NCBI GenBank assembly: GCA_964016885.1
Contig: OZ024740.1
Span: forward strand, 118,854,001 to 118,918,000
DNA: 64,000 nt
Direction: 5' to 3'
Source: Eledone cirrhosa
Lineage: Eukaryota
Shown here: piece by piece, positions 51,083-64,000 of the stretch
Layout: every line of letters begins with the position of its first letter
How positions within the stretch are numbered: position 1 is the stretch's first letter
Position numbers and translations under genes: made by a program
The notes under the pieces: model-generated
What the model was told of the DNA's origin: nothing
Seen by the model: the letters and a program-made list of their open reading frames with translations, nothing else
Database searches by the model: none

Positions 51083-52495
51083 AAACCCATTAAATCGTTT
51101 TCCTCATTTGTTTCATCATCATCATCATCATCTTCGTTTAACGTCCATTTTCCACGCTAGCATGGGTTATACACATTTTATATTTGATGATTTCCATAAA
51201 TGAAGGAAATCACAAATAGTTCTTTTCCAGGTTAAATAATTAGCATTAAGTAACACATTTATCTATAAAAATATGCATTCCATAATTTCATATCATATTG
51301 TAAATATAACCATTTCTTTATTGTAAATATATATACAACCGATATAATAACAAAACATCAATAAACATTGATCAATAAAAAATCAAGAGATAATCGTAGT
51401 CGCCCACTAAACATTTTTGAAGCAATCAAAACACTCACATACCGGAATAGACAAGGAACCTCACATTCATTATCTGATTCTTCAGTGAGGTCAACAATTT
51501 CAAAAAACAAAACCTTGTTGTCAGTGGCCCAGCTTCTCCATTGTTTGAATTGCCTTAGGGTGAAAAATGTAGTTTACTGATATGTTTAGCAATATCCAAA
51601 TTGATAGAAGAAATTAATCAATGCTAGCAAGAGAAACCAATTTCTAGGTTTAATGACATAATCTATAGTCATGATCTTTGTTTAAGTTCTCAAGCTTTAT
51701 TAGAATTAATGCATTCCATATCAATATTGATAGTGGGTATTTTCCCAAGTATAAGCCAGACCAACGTTTCATTAATATTATGGTATTTTGCTATATTTCA
51801 ATCTTTACAAGGCCTTTGAGTATGCAAAGACAAGAAATGCATTTATTAATTTTCTCCCTCTCTCTCAATGTTGAATTTCAGGGAGTCTACATACATGACC
51901 ATTTGACATAGAAGAATAAAAATTCCATTTCTAGGTTTAGCTGGCAATTTTTCTTCGATGAAAGTCATTTCTTGTAGGGGCCTTCTTTGCAAGGAGGATA
52001 ATCCTTGTTGGAAATATTCTGTAGTGTTCGTTTTCTTGTAAAATAATTAAAAAATGATATTTTATTTTCTGTATTTATTTTAAATCAAATAATGTAGTAT
52101 TTATCTTCTCTACAATCACAGAAAGACTATTTCAAATAATCTGCTTCCTCTTGAGTGTGATGTGGTACAGAATAAAATAGTTTATGACAGTACACTTGAG
52201 AGGTTTGGGGAATTTTTAATTATTTTTAATTATTTTATAAGTGTGTGAGAGAGAATACAGGTGACAGACACACTGGTGTTCTTCCCACACATGTAGTTAT
52301 AGCTGATATTGACATTTATTCCTGTAATGCCACACCATCATGTTAAATTATACTTTTGGAGTAAATACCAGTTAACACTTTTGAAAATACCAGTTTTTAC
52401 ATTGACACAGAAACACACATTCATACACATGCATACACATACACGTACATATATACATACGTAAATATATATACATAAATACATACATACATACA

Positions 52496-52618
52496 CACCT
52501 TCAAATTTGCAAAACATTCTTGCGATTCAAGGGATGACAATTTCTTTTCTTTTACAACCTTGCCACCAGGAAGGTGGCCGGTCAAAAAATATACTCGAAA
52601 TTAAGAGAAAGAGATAAC
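52496..52618 (+). mobile_element. 3' end of R4/Dong-like LINE
   Basis: Nearly identical to 56735-56859. Confidence 0.9.
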
Positions 52619-53129
52619 ACACATACAACATTAACCTTCAATGCAAGCAATCTTTCATTTGGGGTGAGAGACTAGTCATTAAATTTAAGATGAACACTAT
52701 CTCCAACAGTTGTGTCACAACTACTAGCCATTTTGAATAAATGGATATTCTTCTAATTATACTCATTGAAGACACATTTTATTTAAAATAGTAGAGATAT
52801 CTGATTAAATACTAAATTCATTTTACTATATTTTGCTACAAATAGCATGACTGAACACAACATCAACAACATTAGTGGAGAATTGCAGAAAAACAATGAG
52901 AAAGGTAAACAGAATTGTTTTAGTTGTAGCTACAAAATAAACCAAATTTATAAATAGCATTTTTCTCAGAGTTAAAAACTTAATGATTTATTTAATTGTT
53001 ATAAAATGGCAAAACAAGATCCTTCTGCTGGTTATATTAACAGAATAGATTTATACTGGGGTGAAATACATCAGGAACAGGGACCCCACCAGCCATAGCA
53101 ATTTTGTTATGCCCTCTGCTGGTCTTTGT

Positions 53130-53452
53130 AGTTTATCTCTTGGATAACGAGCATGTGATGACCTCATTAGCACTAGGGCCATGGTAACAGTCACTTAGTG
53201 CATCCTGTAAATTTTAATGTTGGTGCCTTGATAGAATATAGCTATCAACTGTGTAAAGTTATGCTGATGTCACAAAAACATTGCACCCAGTAAACACTCT
53301 AAAGTGGTTATTTTAGGAAGGAAGGGCATCCAGCATAGAAACCATGCTGAATATGTATGAACAAGATGAGTTTGCTTCAATATGTGTGATCTCAGACTGT
53401 GACAACCCATCCAACACATGTCAGTGTGGAAGGTAGATGTAAAATGAGGATG
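53130..53452 (+). mobile_element. Non-autonomous RTE-tailed repeat, diverged
   Basis: GCACCCAGTAAACACTCTAAAGTGG..AGGAAGGGCATCCAGC module followed by an RTE-type tail. Confidence 0.6.
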
Positions 53453-53699
53453 GCTAGATTTTTAAAAATCTAATACCTGTATGCATGACTTTTCAATTCC
53501 AATAACTTGCACCAAACCAACTTTTGCAAAATTCGGGGTTTGCTACATATTTTATTTTTTTGTGTATCAGGGCCCTCCCACCAAACCTGAAGTGCCCCGG
53601 CCCTGCTTGGTGAAACATTCCAGAGATAAATTAATTCATATATGAATATTTCTCTTACAGAGTGATCTAAAACAATGATATTAAACAACAACCAAATGA

Positions 53700-55620
53700 A
53701 ATTTTGTGGGCTATTGACAAAATTGGAGTTAAATATTTATGACAAATTGAATCCTCTAAATGTTGGCAGATCATTGACTGCTATATGCCATGGCAATGTC
53801 AGTAAAACATTATCTTGGTGAAAACAGAGATGTTAACTGAAACAAAACACCATAAAAATACCATCATATATTACAAAAATAGCATAAAAAATAGCTGGCC
53901 TATGGAAAACTATAGGATATTTGACAATGCTCTTCACATGCAAAAAAAACAACAACAAAAAACAACACTCCTCACCAACAAAAAAGTAAAAATAGAATAG
54001 AAACGATGTTTGGAGAAAGTACAACCAGAAATCTTCAAAACAAGGTGATCACCCTGAAACAAGAATTGAGAGCCCTTAGAGGGAAACTTCAATGCAAGAA
54101 GAGGGTGGCTTAAAGAAGAATCATTGGTAAAAGATTCAGCTGAAACTAAACACCAGTTTATAGAGGTTTGAGGTGGAAATCTATTAATGTCACTGAGGAC
54201 CCACTCCCAAAATACATGGATTCCTTCTGGAGAAAAACAAGGGGTCAAAAGAAGAAATTCAACCAAAGTACAGTGTGGCTAAAAGAAATCCAAAAGAATG
54301 ACTACCTCTACACTACAACAAAAACATACAGCATCAATGAAGATACCCTTGAGACTGAGATAGAAATCTTCAAGATAAGAAATCCCCAGGAAGAGATTGA
54401 TTGTCAGCTACTGGTACAAAAATCTGACATTCTATCGAATGTATCTTATCAAGCTCTACCAGCAAGCTTTCAAGAGAGATGTATATATACCAGGGTGGTT
54501 GACATTAGCAAGAACAAAAACAAAGACACCCGCTTGGCAAAAAATTACTGACACATTGCATGCCAGAACCTAATATATATAATGTATACAGCCTGCCTGA
54601 AAATATTTCTTCAATAATAATTGTTTCTACTTTAGGCACAAGGCCAGCTATTACCCGGTGCATTACTGGTACTTTATTTTATTGACCCCGTAAGGATGAA
54701 AGGCAAAGTCAACCTCGGCGGGATTTGAACTCAGATTCTAATAATAATAATATCAGTACAGATGAACAAGCAATTAGGAAGAAATGAGTTTGGAGGGGTG
54801 CTTAATTAACAACATCACGATGTCAGGTAATACTATAGAATCTATGGATGAAAACCTACATGCTTTTCAGCAAAAGATCATGCATGACTATGTTGCCAGG
54901 AAGCAATGTAGTCTACCTTGGACCAACAACTGCTGTATAGGCTCTCACTTTGAAGGATTTGCTTTTGCAATCCAAAAACAGAAAATAACCACAAAATATG
55001 TAATTCACAAAAAAAGGTAAGGATGCAGGCAAAACAACTAGGTGTGACATCAGATACAGACATATCACAAGATGTCCAAAGATGTCACCACAGTACTATC
55101 TACCTATGAGGTATGATGTAGTGGTCAAAATACTAAACAATGCAATCCATAGAAAAGCTACCTTTGACAATAAACATAAAAGGTTACAGCTATATGGAGG
55201 ACATATACATACATAATATAGAAGAGTACTGGTGGAATGTTCCAATCAAAACCTCAATAAAATACAAACACAACAAACCAGATATAGAGATATGGGACAG
55301 AGAAAAGATGGCATGCATAGTAGTGGTAGTTAGCTGCCTAACAGATGTCAATTTAACACTAAAGATTAGCCAAAAGAAGAACATTTATGCTGAACTAATA
55401 GGGAATCTGCAGATATTCCACCCTGACTATACCTTTAGATTTATACCTGTGATCATTACGGCTCTTGGATACAATATTAACTGCCTCAGTATGAATCCTG
55501 AGAATCTGAGATTCACAGAACAAGAGAGAAGACGGCTAGTTAGTAAGTTTCAAATACAGTCCATTAATGGAACTGTAAAAGTATTTAAAACATTTAGGGA
55601 AATTCAGCATGTAATAACTG
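53700..55620 (+). mobile_element. Decayed, internally deleted R4/Dong-like non-LTR element (RLE endonuclease)
   Basis: KNY*HIACQN (RT start), SHFEGFAFAIQ, YYLPMRYD, HNKPDIEIWD, FIPVIITALGY; SINE 1 nested at 54614-54737. Confidence 0.82.
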
Positions 55621-55689
55621 CATGTAATTCAGCATACAGAAACATATACATAATTACACATATAACTCAATTATACAGATCCACATATG

Positions 55690-55698
55690 CAACAGCAC

Positions 55699-55767
<69 letters not shown>

Positions 55768-55777
55768 CATGCATACC

Positions 55778-55841
<64 letters not shown>

Positions 55842-56160
55842 CATATATATACATGCATACCCACATACACACACATACACATACACACACATACATACAC
55901 ACATACACACACACAAACGCAGACACATATACACACACACACAAGGAAACACATGTAGCATACATATGTATTTACCTTGTTGATGTCATCTGAATTCCAG
56001 TGAAAGAGTTTTGTTTCTATGTTAGAAAATAACTCTCTCTCTATTGGTAAAAATTCATAGAATAATAAAATCAGAAGCATACATACATACATACATACAT
56101 ACACACATACACACATACATACATGCATACGTACACACATACACACATACATACATACAT
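55690..56160 (+). repeat. (CA)n/(TACA)n microsatellite cluster
   Basis: Directly visible; source of the HT/CV-rich ORFs. Confidence 0.95.
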
Positions 56161-56179
56161 AAAAAAATTAAAAAAATTG

Positions 56180-56859
56180 ACCAATTTACAAAATTGACAA
56201 TAAATGTAGGCTATGTAAAACAAAGATCGAGGATGTAAGCCACATTGTTGCCAGCTGCGAAAGAATGTCATCTCGCTACTACCTCCCCATGAGACACGAT
56301 GGGATAGCTAGAACCATCTGGAACGCACTTCGGAAAACAAAATGACCAACAAACGAGAAAGAATATATTGAGACAGATGGCACTAAGGAATACTGGTGGA
56401 ACCTGAAAATAAAAACTGCCACCAAATTAAAGCACAACTGGCCTGATATTGTTGTTTGGGACCACACATTGAAAACGTGTTCTGTTGTGGAGATCAGCTG
56501 CCCACTTGATGTAAACGTTGTCAGAAAAATACAGGAGAAGGAGGACATCTACGGACCATTGATGAGGAGTTTACAAATCCAGTATCCAAGATACACCTTT
56601 AGCTTCATACCCATCATTATTGGAGCTATGGGTTATATACCAACCCGTTTGGACCAAAGTATGACTGAACTTGGATTTGCGGACAAAGAGCGCAGCTCCC
56701 TAATTCATAGTCTACGAATGGCTGCGATAGCTGGCACCTTCGAAATTTGCAAAACATTCTTGCGATTCAAGGGATGACAATTTCTTTTCTTTTACAACCT
56801 TGCCACCAGGAAGGTGGCCGGTCAAAAAACATATACTCGAAATTAAGAGAAAGAGATAA
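56180..56859 (+). mobile_element. 5'-truncated R4/Dong-like non-LTR element (zinc knuckle + RLE)
   Basis: CRLC..EDVSHIVASC, RHD, PDIVVWD..VVEISCP, KEDIY, PIIIGAMG. Confidence 0.9.
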
Positions 56860-57658
56860 TACATACATACATACAGACACACATACAGGCTTTTGCAGAG
56901 TTACTGTCTCTCAAATTCCACTCATAAAAAAGGTATTGGTCAAATTGCTGTATAGTGGGACCTTACTTAGAACCACAAACTCTCCAACTACGCAGCTAAA
57001 ACAAAACAAAAAGAAGTTTATTATAAATATTTTCCTATCACCCACCTACACATACTCACACACCACCAACACATAATACTAATACACATACAATCTGAAG
57101 CCCTTAGGACATCGTCAAACCAGGAAGCAGAACATGAGGTGAGAGAGATGTTGCTGGAGATGAGGTGGAAGTAAAGGTTGCTGCAATGACAACAATGGTT
57201 AGTAAACTCTGAATATGACGATGATGATGGTGCTGCCAGTGCTGCTGATGTGGTGGTGGCGGTGGTCATGTTCGACATTGTGTTGGTGGGGGTGGGGATA
57301 GAGATGATGATGGCAATGACAATGAAGATGATGATGATGATCAATTCTGCTAAAGCAGGCAAACTAAAAAAAACTCCCTACTGATTGCTATGCTATTCAA
57401 TTCAACGAAGCTTAACTTTTGCTAAACAGTAAAGTTACACAGAAGTCACCAAATAAAATATTTTCCAGCAGCTTCCCTTCGGTTTTCAACAACATAATTC
57501 AAAGTACTTCACTTGCTAAACTCTCTCCATTGACATACAATCGGTACTTTTCTTTTGTTGTTGTTTTTTTCTTGTCGTTGTTGTCTTTATATTCCTTTTC
57601 TTTTGATGTTGTATTTTTCATTTTTTACCAATGTGTTTTCATTCTAAGTTTGTTAATG

Positions 57659-57760
<102 letters not shown>

Positions 57761-60027
57761 ATATATGTGTGTGTTTGTATACACACACACACACATACAT
57801 ATATATATATATGTATATATATATATGTGTGTATATATATATATGTATTAAAAGATATATAAAACAACATAGCTTGACAAGCGATCAATATAACATACAT
57901 TCTAAGACATTGTGATTATCATGTACAAATATGAAAGATAGTGGTGTTACATTCTCAAGGAAAAGATCCACTTGAGACTTCCCATTGAAATAGCAGAGAG
58001 AATGTTTGTAATATTTTCTCATAAATAATAATGAATTGAAGATTGATTTCTGTGACAAATGGCTAAATCTTTTCAATGCAGAAACAGTGAGGGACGTGTA
58101 ATGTTTGTGATTAAGAAAGATGATAAGAAAAGTATAAAGGTAGACATTTATGGCTGTAAATCTAAGTGCTTATGAATTATTGAGCACTTAGCTTATTGCC
58201 ACTTCTAACCATTTTGATCGGGGTGTTATATCAATAGATATGTGCCAATAATCATTTCTTTTCTTAGGCACAACTCCAATTTTAGTAAGTAAAAATGTTT
58301 TTCTGCTAAGAGACATAATCTGAATATATTACTGGTATTTATCATAGCGATCTTCCTATGCTTCCAGTTTCAAGAGTATGAATAATATATAGGTTAAGCA
58401 AATTAATGTATGTATATTAATACTTTTTTACAGTGTGATGTAACTAGTGATTTAAAAAAAAAGTCTCTAAAGTCAAGTGGCACTAAACTAAAGAAAGAAA
58501 TGTTAGCTACATTTCATTGTCGAGGTCTAATATGATATCATATTTACCAAACATCAGACTCACTCACACTTCAGGGAGTATCACAATCAATTTTTACTTA
58601 GTTTGAATTTCAGTGTTCTATGACATGAATTGTTATTAACACTAATGACTTTTGATTTCATTATAGGTGTATTTTCAATTGATTAAACATTTTGTTCAGT
58701 TTTCTACATTAATTATATAACATATCTATTTAAAAAATGTAGGGTACTGTGTGTATTGGAGTATTATCATTTATTATTTTTGTTTTTGTTGACAAACCCA
58801 ACATGTATCAGCTATGATTTGTAAGTAGTTTAGTTGTCATGTTGTGGTGTAGTGAGGAAAACATGTAGGCTAATGGCATCAAAGATTTCTATGATTGAAC
58901 ACAATTTCTTAGGATAGGAAACAGGTGATGGTTTGCATCAACCCTAATTGGTCCATAGGGGAGTTCATAGGAGAATGTGTTAAGTCTAATTGACATGAAG
59001 AAGATAAAGCTGCTTCAGACCTTGCTCTATATCTAAGAAAAAGGTAGAGAGAAAAAGTTGTGTTGTTGCTTATGTGTAGAAGAGTGAATGAGAAAGTTGA
59101 AGGTAAAAAAATGATATTGAGTAAAGAAATGAGGGTTAGAAGTTACGAATGTTTGAAAGAAGTAATACCACAACAAGGCAATTGTAGACAATGAGGGCTA
59201 TAGTAAAGAGGGTGAATATGAGGAACAAGTAGTGAGAGGAGTTGACAACCACAATCAGTAGCAATAACTTCAACAACCAAGAACAAATGTTTTCCACAAG
59301 ACCAACATTGTTTCTCGTTTACACATTTTGAATAAAGATGGAATTCATCCCATCAACCACACACACACTGTTGCAATCAAAGTAAAGTATACATGAAATG
59401 ATGCATCATTACGCATTTTGATACCCAGGGCATACAGAGATTTTAATGCTGAGATTGCAATCTCTCTTCATTTGTATGTAACATGATTGCAATATGTTAG
59501 AGGGCTGATAAGAAACAGCCAGGTACTTTCGAAAATTAAATTGCATTTTGTTTCCTTCAGCACACTTATATATTGCATTAATGTATTAAACACAAGCATG
59601 GCTGAATGGTTAAGCAACATGCTTTACAATCATCAAGTTTGGGTTGAATCCCACTGCATGACATCTTCATCAAGTGGATTTAACACAGGCCTGCATTGAC
59701 CTAAGCACTGAGAAAGAAATAAGGTATACGAAAACCGTAGGGATGCTCATGAGAAGGATTCATCCCATAATTCAAAGGTCCAAACTTGTAACACATTTTG
59801 TCAGAATTATGAGATCTAAGAATTACATTAAGGGTACACGTGACTTTCGAGAACTCAACCACTTATATATTAATTCAGGAGCCAGATATTGAGTTGGTCA
59901 AATGACAATATTCATTTTGGAAACTGACATCACACGTAAGTGCGCACACACATACGCACTTCCACTCCCATACATACATACACACACACATATATCTATA
60001 TATACATATATGTATACATATATATAT

Positions 60028-63000
60028 ATCATCATCATCATCATCATCATCATCATTTTACATCCGCTTTTCCCTGCTTTCAAGGGTTGGACGGGTTCTA
60101 TTCAGCACACCATCTCTCCCCTTGTCACGGTCCTTCGTCATCTCCTCGGTGAGCTTCAGTGATCTGAGATCTGCTCTCACCATCTCCGCCCATGTTTTTC
60201 GTGGTCTACCTCTACTGTGTCTTCCTTCTACTGGGATTTCTTGGCACTTATTTACCCAGCGGTCATCCTCCATGCACATCACATGTCCAGACCATCTCAG
60301 CCTTCTCTCCAGCACACCACAACTTATTTTTCTTATACCCAGTTTCTTTCTCGACTCGTCCATGCTTTCCATGCTTGGTCGTTCACGCACATTTACATTG
60401 CACATCCAACAGAGCATACTTGCTTCATTTCTCTCCAGCCATCACATATCCTCTGCAGATGCCGCCCATGTATCACTACCATGCAGCATCGCGCATCTCA
60501 CACAGGCATCATATAACCGTCCTTTCGTATGCAGGGAGAAAATCTTCTTTGTCAACAAAGGAAGCAGCTCCTCAAACTTCTTCCAACCTGTCCTTATTCT
60601 AGATACTATGACCTCAGAACACCCGCTTCCCATGCTAATCTGATCACCTAGATACCGGAAGCTATCAACCACTTCTATAGCACCCACCTGCATTGGAAAA
60701 ATGTGTCTATCACTGTGATTAATACTGCCAACTTTCCCTGTACATCTACCGCATACGTAGTTTTCCCTACCTGTTAGTTTGCCTGCTATCCCACTACATC
60801 TCTTGTGTACCCAAGATCTGCATTGTGTATATTTTATGGAATTTATGCCAGTTCTTTTCCTACATATCGAACATGGCCATTTACCTGATGGAATCAGAGT
60901 ATTGTCCTCTCTTCTACTTATCAACGCCTTTGTCTTAACTATGTTCACTCTCAGTCCTCTTGATTCCAACTGCTGTTTCCATAGCCAGAATTTATTCTCT
61001 AGCTCCTCTACTGATTCTGCTATAAGAGCCAGATCATCAGCATATAGAAGTTCTCATGGGCATCCAGTCTTATACTCCTCTGTTATGGCTTGGAGGACTA
61101 TAATGAACAAGAGTGGGTCGAAGACCGAGCCCTGATGTAGACCTACTTGTATCTGGAATTCCTCACTAAATTCCACACCTACTCTCACTTTACTGAGAGC
61201 ACCCATGTACATAGCTTGCACTACCCTCACAAGCCATTCCTCTACACTTAGTTTCCTTAGGGACCACCAGATGACAGATTGGGGTACCCTATCAAAGGCC
61301 TTCTCTAGGTAAAGAAAAAGCTAAGTATAGTGGTTTATACTTCTCTAAGAACTACTCTTGTAGTTGCCTCACTAAGAAGAAAGCATCTGTTGTAGTTTTG
61401 CGGAGCTCAAAACCAAACTGCATCTCATCTAATTTGACCCTTTCTCTAATCAGTTGTGCTAATATTCTCTCTGCCACTTTCATAACCTGATCCATCGTCT
61501 TTATACCCCTATAATTGCTCCTCTCTAGAGCATCCCTTTTAACTTTGAAGCAATTTATGAGAATACTGCTGCACCAGTCTTTGGGTATGACACTGCCATA
61601 TATAACTTGATTGAGTTTAATGCCCACTTCAGCTGATGCCTTCAGCATCTCAGCAACTATCCCCGATGGTCTAGCAGCCTTACCATTCTTCATTTCTATA
61701 ATTGCCTCTTGTACCCTATATTCGTCAATCTCAATAGTTGGTCCCTCTGTTGGGTCTACTGGGTCATTTCTCTCTGTCCCATTCATTCTCCACATTCATC
61801 AGTCTCTCATAGTGACATTTCCAGGGCTCCTTTGTTTGATCATTCATGACACTAAGTACACCGGCATCATTCCGGACACATTTATCTCCAATAACATCCT
61901 GATTTGCACTGACACACTCTCTTGCAATGCAGAACACCGCACGTCTCTGATCTTCCAGTCGCAGAACATTGGCAAACCTCTCCTAGCAGCTGTGTATCCT
62001 TCGCTACTCCCACCATTTTCCAAGCCTTCCATGCCAGTCTTTTGTATTGAATGGCCCTATCTACCGTGATGCTCCACCACAAGGTCACTCTCTGTCTGGT
62101 TGAAGCTCTGCCCCAACCACAAGATTCTTCAGTAGCCTGCAGTAAGTTGTCACGTAAGAAATTCCAGTTATCATCTATGTCATACAACTCTAAATCGTCT
62201 TCTTTTTCGTCATAAACGTCTTGAAGGGCTTTCCTAAATTTGTATTTTAGTGAAAGGTCCTTTAGCTTCCAGACCTTTCTTCTCCACACCTTCCTGTATG
62301 TCTCATTCTATCACTTGCTTACTGAGATATCACTACCGACTAACCTATGATGTGGGGTACATTCTTCCCCAGGGCATGCCTTAGTATTTGACACCATCTG
62401 TCTGTCTCGCTCTCTAACCAGCGGGAAGTCAATATAGCTTTTGTGCTCGCCTGATTTGTAGGTTATTAGGTGGTTGGTAGGCTTCTGGAAGTTAGTGTTG
62501 CAAATGGTGAGTGCATTTGCATCACAAAATTCAAGAAGCCTGACTCTTTCTTCATTTCTTGAGCTGTAACCGTGCCCACCATGTACCCCAGTGTATCAAT
62601 CCTGGAGCTGTCCAACATGTCCATTGAAGTCCCCTGCTAGTATAACGATGTATCTGTCCTCTGTCATTGAGGCTGTTTGTAAAAGTTGCTCGTAAAAGCA
62701 ATCTTTCTCTATTTTACCTAGGCCTGCCATAGGCAGAGATGATTGTCAGTAGTCTCTTGCCTACAACTAATCTAAGCTTAATTATTCTATCACTAAATCT
62801 AACTAACTCTATTGTCTTATTGATCCACCTCTCAGCCAGTAATATGCCCACGCCACCTAACCCATCATCCTTACCTACCCAGAAAAGCTTATAACTACGA
62901 TGTTTGCCTGTGATTAGTCTTGCAGAGGCACCTCTCCATGTCCCCTCTTGCACACATCACACATCCACATGCCTTCTCTCCAGCGTCTCTGCTATTTCAC

Positions 63001-63695
63001 CAGATCTACCTGTTAGAGTGCCAACATTAAGTGTGGCAACTCTGAGATGCGATGTATCATTCTTTTTCCTGTTGTGCGATTGCCTGATAACGGTTGTGGG
63101 CTTCTCACACATGGCCTCACTGGCCACCCCACTACCGTGCGCATCCCTAACATGGTTAGTGTTGTTGCTGTTTACGCAGTTGTTGCAAATTTCAATGGTT
63201 ATGTTCATAGTGTTTGGCAGTAGTATATATACTGGTTGGATGCCCTTCCTAACACGAGCAACACTTTACAGCATGGACTGGGTGCTTTTATTCGTGCCAC
63301 CAGCACTAGATAGATCGTCTGACTGGGCTCAGGGGCCCTATCCACTCCTAAACTTTACAGAATAGACTGAGTGCTTTTATTCATGCCACCAGCACTAGAG
63401 AGGTTGTCTTACTGGACTCAGGGCCCTCTTTACCCCTCCATTTTACAGCATGGACTGAGTGCTTTTATTCATGCCACCAGCACTAGGGAAGTTGTCTTAC
63501 TGGACTTAGGAGACTTCTCCACCACGCACCAATTTATTCGGAGTGGTAGCTCTACTAGACGGATTGCCTACACTACGGCTTACGGGACCTCCGTCCACCC
63601 CTTGTCTGTTCGATAATATATTCACAAGAGAGCGGTTATCGTACAGCGTCGGGTATGTATACCAAACGTGGTGGATTTGGGTGGGAAGTGAGAAG
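60028..63695 (-). mobile_element. Full-length RTE LINE, family A, disrupted
   Basis: Collinear with 13286-16506, plus a longer 5'UTR with three ~90-bp tandem units (63260-63520) and a (TGA)n tail. Confidence 0.95.
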
Positions 63696-63917
63696 TAATT
63701 ATGGCTATAAGCACAAATTTAAATATTAACATTCAGATCACATATGCATACACATATATACATATATATGTGTATGCATATGTGATGTGAATGTTAATAA
63801 TTAAATTTGAACATATATATACATATATATACATATATACATGTCACATACCTACATATATATAAATATGTACAAATATCATGCGAACCGAAAGTTCTTG
63901 GAGATAAGAATAATAAT

Positions 63918-64000
63918 AATTGTTTCTACTTTAGGCACAAGGCCAGCAATTACCCAGTGCATTACTGGTACTTTATTTTATCGACCCCGTAAGGATGAAA
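63918..64000 (-). mobile_element. tRNA-SINE family 1, cut by window edge
   Basis: Matches 10289-10373. Confidence 0.9.

Noticed and set aside
63530-63700. HDV-like ribozyme at the 5' end of the full-length RTE
   Set aside because: Could not build a P1/P2/P3 nested pseudoknot by eye

Overview
Eukaryotic, AT-rich, microsatellite-dense DNA made mostly of transposable elements. The SINE/RTE repertoire is most consistent with an octopus/coleoid cephalopod genome (inference). Supported content: one structurally complete but decayed Ty3/Gypsy (Mag-like) LTR element with 5-bp TSD (685-5620); two near-full-length and several truncated RTE-clade LINEs whose ORF carries a C4HC3 PHD-like finger inside the RT region; two decayed mariners; one hAT (Charlie/Buster-like) with an internal minisatellite; R4/Dong-like RLE LINE pieces; Helitron-like 3' ends; two tRNA-SINE families. 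The most striking structure is a set of Penelope-like (Naiad-type) elements and short derivatives that nearly all sit in (TA)n tracts, form inverted or fold-back repeats and carry type I hammerhead ribozyme motifs of about six unrelated sequence families. Six small + strand exons with consistent splice phases (16613-51082) may be the 3' end of an unidentified host gene. Everything was read by eye; no searches or folding programs were run, and boundaries of decayed elements are approximate. Most short ORFs in the track are microsatellite or antisense artefacts.
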